Assembly: GCA_003971905.1 (NCBI GenBank)
Contig: RSEE01000145.1
Span: 1 to 64,000 of the forward strand
Length of the DNA stretch: 64,000 nt
DNA from: Moniliella sp. 'wahieum'
Taxonomy: Eukaryota
Reading direction: 5' to 3'
The position numbers were made by a program, and so were the translations under genes. Each line of letters opens with the position of its first letter. The first letter of the stretch is position 1. Below, one piece after another: positions 62,111 to 64,000 of this stretch. The notes under the pieces were generated by a model. That model made no database searches. It worked only from the letters and a program-made list of their open reading frames with translations, and had not been told where the DNA came from.

Positions 62111-63673
62111 ATGGCCGAGCAGCGTGGGCGGCGAGCCGTGCGGGAACGGTGTGAGGCGCGTGCCCGCGCCGCAGAGTACCTCGCCTCTGTCGTTCGCTGC
62201 GAGTCGCTCTGGCTCGGCAGCGTCCGCTTCACCCCCGCTGACCTGGCCCGCATCTTTGACACCACCCGCGCTCCTGCCCGCGCACGGACAGTGCGCCACA
62301 TGACGCTCGGTCTTTCTTCTGGCGCGTGTGCTCCAACCGGCTGCTCCTGCGTCAGGCACTCCCGGAGCAGCGTCTGCTGCCGTTGCTGCCGCTTCAGCCG
62401 AGGCGGCTGCCCTCGCTGTTCCCGAAGCATGGGTACCTGCTACCACGCTGACCACCCGCCTTGCCGCCGTCGCAGCCCATGCTGCTGTCTTTGCCGACGC
62501 ACTGGACGTGGCGGAAGAGAACCATGCTCGCTCACAACGCCAAGGCGGTCTGGCTTTGCTCCCCCCACTTCCTAAACTTGGTTCCACCATCTCCGCCCTG
62601 CGGCACCGTACTGCTCCTGGTTCCCTCGCCCCGCCCGCCGCACCCTCAGCCTCGGTCACCGACTCCCTCCCCCCATCTCCACAGAATACAAGCAGGACGT
62701 GGCGACGCGCAGAGTCGGTGAAAGATTCGGCGTCTGTCGGGTCGGGTGGCGCAGACCACAATGAGATGCTGCCCCATCCGGTCTCGCCGCTCCTCCAGAC
62801 GAGCAATGCTTCTGCCTCAGCTGCTGCTTCGGCTGCTGCCACAGTAGTTGAGGGCGTCACGGGCGATGGGGCCATGACGGTAATCGCCTTGGGTGAGGGG
62901 GATCCTAAAGGGGTCGCTGTGCTGTGCCATCCTCATGTCGGGTTCGCATTGGACTTTGGCAGGGTATTTACCTCCCTGGTCACGGTCGTCGTTCAAGCCT
63001 ATGCGCAGGTGGCTCAACTTTCCGATCCATTCAACGAGTTGGCAGAGGAGGCAGACTGGGATGCAGTCCCAGCCGTCATGGCCGATGCGTTTGTTCAGCT
63101 TGAGAGCGGGCTGCACAGGACGTTTTCCTGGATCGGACAGGAACTCGACCTGCTCGCACGACAAATCGTCCGAGAACAAATGGGCCAGATGGAATTGCTC
63201 TTGTCATCTTTAACTTCCTCGGCACCTCCTGTGCCACCCGTACCTTCGCTACCTAACTCGCCCCCGTCCCCCACGCCCGCCTCACGACATGCTAGCACAC
63301 TCCCTACCCCAGGCACATCCCCCTCTCCCACCCTGTCCACCGCACCCTCCCCCTCCACCCCGGCCATCGCAACCTTGTCCACCCCCACCCCCACCCCCCC
63401 ACACCCGCCTCCTCCTCCCTCGTCTTACCGCCCTCGGAGCGATCCGTGCTCCCAGTGCCAACTGAGCCGTCACCGTTGGCCCCCACCACCCCTCTCTCTC
63501 ACAACGTCCGCGCTAGTTGGGGGGAAGCCACACCGCGCCCCGCACCAGTGGCCATGCCCACGCCCGCGCCCAGTCCCACGCCCAGCCCCACGCCCAATCC
63601 CAATCCCAATCCCAATCCCAATCCCAATCCCAATCCCAATCCCAATCCCACCAATCCCAATTCGGATGTATGA
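62111..63673 (+). CDS. Conserved-looking hypothetical fungal protein, frameshifted
   Basis: N-terminal EYLASVVRCESLWLGSVRFTPADL, central LCHPHVGFALDFGRVFTSLV and IGQELDLLARQIVREQM, and a Pro-rich/NP-repeat tail encoded by (CCCAAT)n. Confidence 0.55.
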
Positions 63674-64000
63674 AGCATCTGCGTTCTACCCAGGTTCGGT
63701 GTGCATTCAATATTCAGCATTCAGCATTCAGCCGTGCCGGCATGTCCAAGGTACATGTAGAGTCAGTCTGACTAGTCCCCCCCTGAGGCGTTGTTCTGAA
63801 AGAGAGATGGAGAAGGCGGCGGGCCAACCAATCATTAATCACGTGGATCATCGATCATGGATCACGTGCCCCCCCGGCAGACTCGGCACGCCATGCCGTA
63901 AGCACGAGCGCTCGCGCGGGGAGAAGGAGCGGGCGGCGCGGGGCGAGTGTGGGCCAGCGCGTGTGGCGCAACCTGGGCGGCGGGGAGCGCTGAGCCAGCC

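Overview
GC-rich, gene-dense fungal DNA, most likely a basidiomycete (Ustilaginomycotina-like judging from the 5S rRNA, Hog1 and short GTRNGT..CTRAC..YAG introns; inference). Almost every conserved gene carries small frameshifts, which points to an unpolished long-read assembly, so CDS bounds are approximate. The window opens with a ~42-copy 40-bp satellite, three ~140-bp repeats containing CCCTAA motifs and a 5S rRNA gene (possible rDNA-array edge). Host genes follow: Hal/Hrk1-type kinase, HOG1, a GPI-anchored protein, EMC6, glycogen debranching enzyme, Nem1-like phosphatase, Pep12/Vam3-like syntaxin, an ATOS/FAM214-like protein, a candidate metazoan-type 4E-BP (YxxxxL-phi motif plus C-terminal FEMDL), a bacterial-type DyP peroxidase, a ~10.5-kb low-complexity/coiled-coil gene, a catalytically dead pogo/CENP-B-like gene and a conserved hypothetical gene. 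The most striking system is retroelement-based. (i) A young Ty1/copia element (217-bp LTRs identical by eye, GTAGC TSD) has gag and pol in frame across one UAG followed by a stem-loop. (ii) A 5.8-kb palindromic tandem multimer of a non-autonomous TRIM-like element (240-bp LTR, 921-bp interior) has the same LTR end at both outer termini and is bounded by one 5-bp TSD (GCTGG). The two elements share a non-TGG primer-binding site and a 3' PPT-region motif.
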